NCBI GenBank assembly: GCA_030636025.1
Contig: DAOVXQ010000001.1
Location: forward strand, 96,809-160,808
Origin: an archaeon
GTDB lineage: Archaea; Nanobdellota; Nanobdellia; Pacearchaeales; GW2011-AR1
Length of the DNA stretch: 64,000 nucleotides
Direction: 5' to 3'
In this document: in pieces, positions 62,271 through 64,000 of the stretch
How positions within the stretch are numbered: position 1 is the first letter of the stretch
Layout: each line of letters begins with the position of its first letter
The notes under the pieces: model-generated
What the model was told of the DNA's origin: nothing
Database searches by the model: none
The model's input: only the letters and a program-made list of their open reading frames with translations
Translations under genes and position numbers: made by a program

Positions 62271-63638
62271 TTATATCTTACTTATCTTTACCTCTTCAGA
62301 ACCATCATCAATTTTAAAACCAAGTTTTCGGATTTTCTGCCGAAGAAAATCCGCCTTCGCCCAATCTTTTTTATTTCTCGCATCTTCCCTTTCATCAATC
62401 AATTTTTTAACTTCAACAGGGATAACAATTTTTTCTTTTTTCAATAAATCCAAACAAAAAACTTCATCCATTTTTTTTATTGCCCCAATCTTTCCAGAAG
62501 CAGTTTTATCCCGAACCAATCTCCACAAAACAGCGAGGGCATTTGGCATATCTAAATCATTATTAATCGCTTTTTCAAAATCAACCAAATATTTTTTATT
62601 AATTTTTTTATCATCTTTAATTTCTGAAATTATATTCTTTAATCTTCGCAAAGAATTTTTAGCATTATCCAAATTTTTCAATGAAAAATTTAACTGACTT
62701 TTATAATGTGCAGTCAATATAAAATACCTATAATCTAAAGCAGAGTAGCCCTTTTTTTCTAAATCTTCAATTGTTGCAATTTTCCCAGAACTCTTTGACA
62801 TTTTTTTACCCTCAAAAATTAAAAAAGCTCCATGAACCCAGTAATTTACCCACGGTTTTTTCCCAAAAGCAGATTCTGATTGTGCAATCTCATTTGTATG
62901 ATGAACAGGAATATGGTCCTCCCCCCCAGTATGAATATCAAATTTTTCTCCTAAATATTTTGAAGACATTGCAGAACATTCAAGATGCCACCCTGGAAAA
63001 CCAACCCCCCAGGGACTCTTCCATTCCTGTTGCCTCTCCCCCAACTTTTCAGAAAACTTCCACAAAGCAAAATCAGTTTTATTTTTCTTATCCCAAATTT
63101 TCACCCTCGCACCTGCCTTTAAATTTTCAATTTTAAGTTTCGCCAACTTTCCATAATCCTTAACCCTGCGAGTATCAAAATAAATCCCATCAGAAGTTTT
63201 GTAACTAAAACCTTTCTTTTCTAATTTTTTAATCAATTCAATCTGCTCTTTAATATGCTCTGTCGCCTTGCACCAAATTTCTGGCTCACTAATATTTAAT
63301 TTTTTAAAATCCTGTTTAAAAATCTTCAAATAAAAATCAGAGATTTCTTTAGCAGTTTTATGCTCTTTTTTCGCAGCCATTTCAATTTTATCCTCGCCAA
63401 CATCTGAATCAGAACTAAGATGTCCAACATCTGTCACATTCATAACCTGTTTCACATTATATTTATTATAAATCAAAACCTTTTTCAAAATATCTGCAAA
63501 AATATAACTCCTCAAATTCCCAATATGCTGATACCAATAAACAGTAGGACCGCAAGTATAAATCCCAACTTGCCCCTTTTTTATCGACTTAAAAATCTCT
63601 TTTTTCCTTGTCAAAGTATTATATAATTTTAATACCAT
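62271..63638 (-). CDS. cysS: Cysteinyl-tRNA synthetase
   Basis: YTCGPTVYWYQHIGNLRSY (HIGH region) and KMSKS. Confidence 0.95.
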   Translation of the reverse strand: MVLKLYNTLTRKKEIFKSIKKGQVGIYTCGPTVYWYQHIGNLRSYIFADILKKVLIYNKYNVKQVMNVTDVGHLSSDSDVGEDKIEMAAKKEHKTAKEISDFYLKIFKQDFKKLNISEPEIWCKATEHIKEQIELIKKLEKKGFSYKTSDGIYFDTRRVKDYGKLAKLKIENLKAGARVKIWDKKNKTDFALWKFSEKLGERQQEWKSPWGVGFPGWHLECSAMSSKYLGEKFDIHTGGEDHIPVHHTNEIAQSESAFGKKPWVNYWVHGAFLIFEGKKMSKSSGKIATIEDLEKKGYSALDYRYFILTAHYKSQLNFSLKNLDNAKNSLRRLKNIISEIKDDKKINKKYLVDFEKAINNDLDMPNALAVLWRLVRDKTASGKIGAIKKMDEVFCLDLLKKEKIVIPVEVKKLIDEREDARNKKDWAKADFLRQKIRKLGFKIDDGSEEVKISKI

Positions 63639-63758
63639 AAATAATAATGAGAAATATAGTTTTTAATTTTATCTTTTTAAAATAATCCATAATATAATCT
63701 TATTCCATTTACTCATCTCCAAAACCCCCCAAATTTATTAGATATTAATATTCGTTGT

Positions 63759-63783
63759 ACTTAGGTTAGCGAAGCTCCTAAGT
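63759..63783 (+). repeat. Conserved hairpin family, member d
   Basis: acttagg-TTAGCGAAGCT-cctaagt, preceded by 'gatattaatatt'. Confidence 0.6.
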
Positions 63784-63805
63784 TTTAAAGAGCATAATTA
63801 ACCAA

Positions 63806-64000
63806 CTAAAAAAATCCTTTTTTAAGAACCTGAATTGTGAAAGATTCTTTTCCTAAACTATCTGAACCATCTTTAACTTCAATAATTACTTTTTGAGTGC
63901 ATTTTGGAGTTGTATCTGGAACACTTATTCCAATTCTAACCCCTGCAACATTATCATTAGCATCTGTGAATTCTAATTCCTCTCCAATTTTTTGCTCAAA
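63806..64000 (-). CDS. C-terminal fragment of a gene truncated by the window edge (possible surface protein)
   Basis: An open frame runs to the window end. My translation is ...GVRIGISVPDTTPKCTQKVIIEVKDGSDSLGKESFTIQVLKKGFF*. Confidence 0.35.
   Translation of the reverse strand, partial: FEQKIGEELEFTDANDNVAGVRIGISVPDTTPKCTQKVIIEVKDGSDSLGKESFTIQVLKKGFF

Noticed and set aside
1-64000. Transposase/integrase-bearing mobile elements, prophage, rRNA genes
   Set aside because: No ORF shows DDE, tyrosine/serine recombinase or capsid/terminase-like motifs, and there is no rRNA-like conserved stretch. The TA island and the radical-SAM cassette lack their own recombinase.

Overview
This is an AT-rich (about 30% G+C by eye) archaeal chromosomal segment. 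The information-processing genes are clearly archaeal: PCNA, a fused PriS-PriL primase, aIF5A, Spt5, RpoP, SecE/Sec61-gamma, prefoldin beta, TrmY, and ribosomal proteins eL40, uL11, eL43, eL31, eL39 and eS19. Cell division is FtsZ/SepF based. A form III RuBisCO, a class II LysRS and a CysRS are also present. One tRNA-Pro(UGG) is encoded. I saw no rRNA, CRISPR array, transposase or integrase. Compact genes with 1-4 nt junctions, TATA boxes about 25-30 nt before start codons, and a very high share of secreted or membrane-anchored proteins suggest a small-genome DPANN-like (Pace-/Woesearchaeota-type) archaeon; that assignment is inference. About 11-38 kb is a cell-envelope region. It holds an S-layer gene, a PAP2 phosphatase, a DUF368 lipid-carrier translocase, an archaeosortase-like protein, a glycosyltransferase, a sequon-dense glycoprotein, and operons of proteins with type IV pilin-like N-termini. 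The candidates most worth follow-up are five. (1) 27.2-38.3 kb holds two paralogous modules pairing a pilin-like gene with a giant cysteine-rich, glycine-zipper, Ig-repeat envelope protein. One module is a single 1311-aa ORF headed by an unannotated RHH gene. The other is split into two ORFs with a RelE/MNT/HEPN toxin-antitoxin island between the halves. (2) A structured leader/upstream-ORF element is duplicated directly in front of both spt5 and rpl11, with fully compensated stem changes. (3) A family of about 25-nt hairpins keeps a UUAGYGAARCU-type core while the stems covary. (4) A single radical-SAM gene is flanked by direct repeats that duplicate the 3' end of a histone-fold gene. (5) A five-gene pilin-like operon has an embedded GNAT acetyltransferase. 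All functional calls come from motif recognition by eye; no database search was run.
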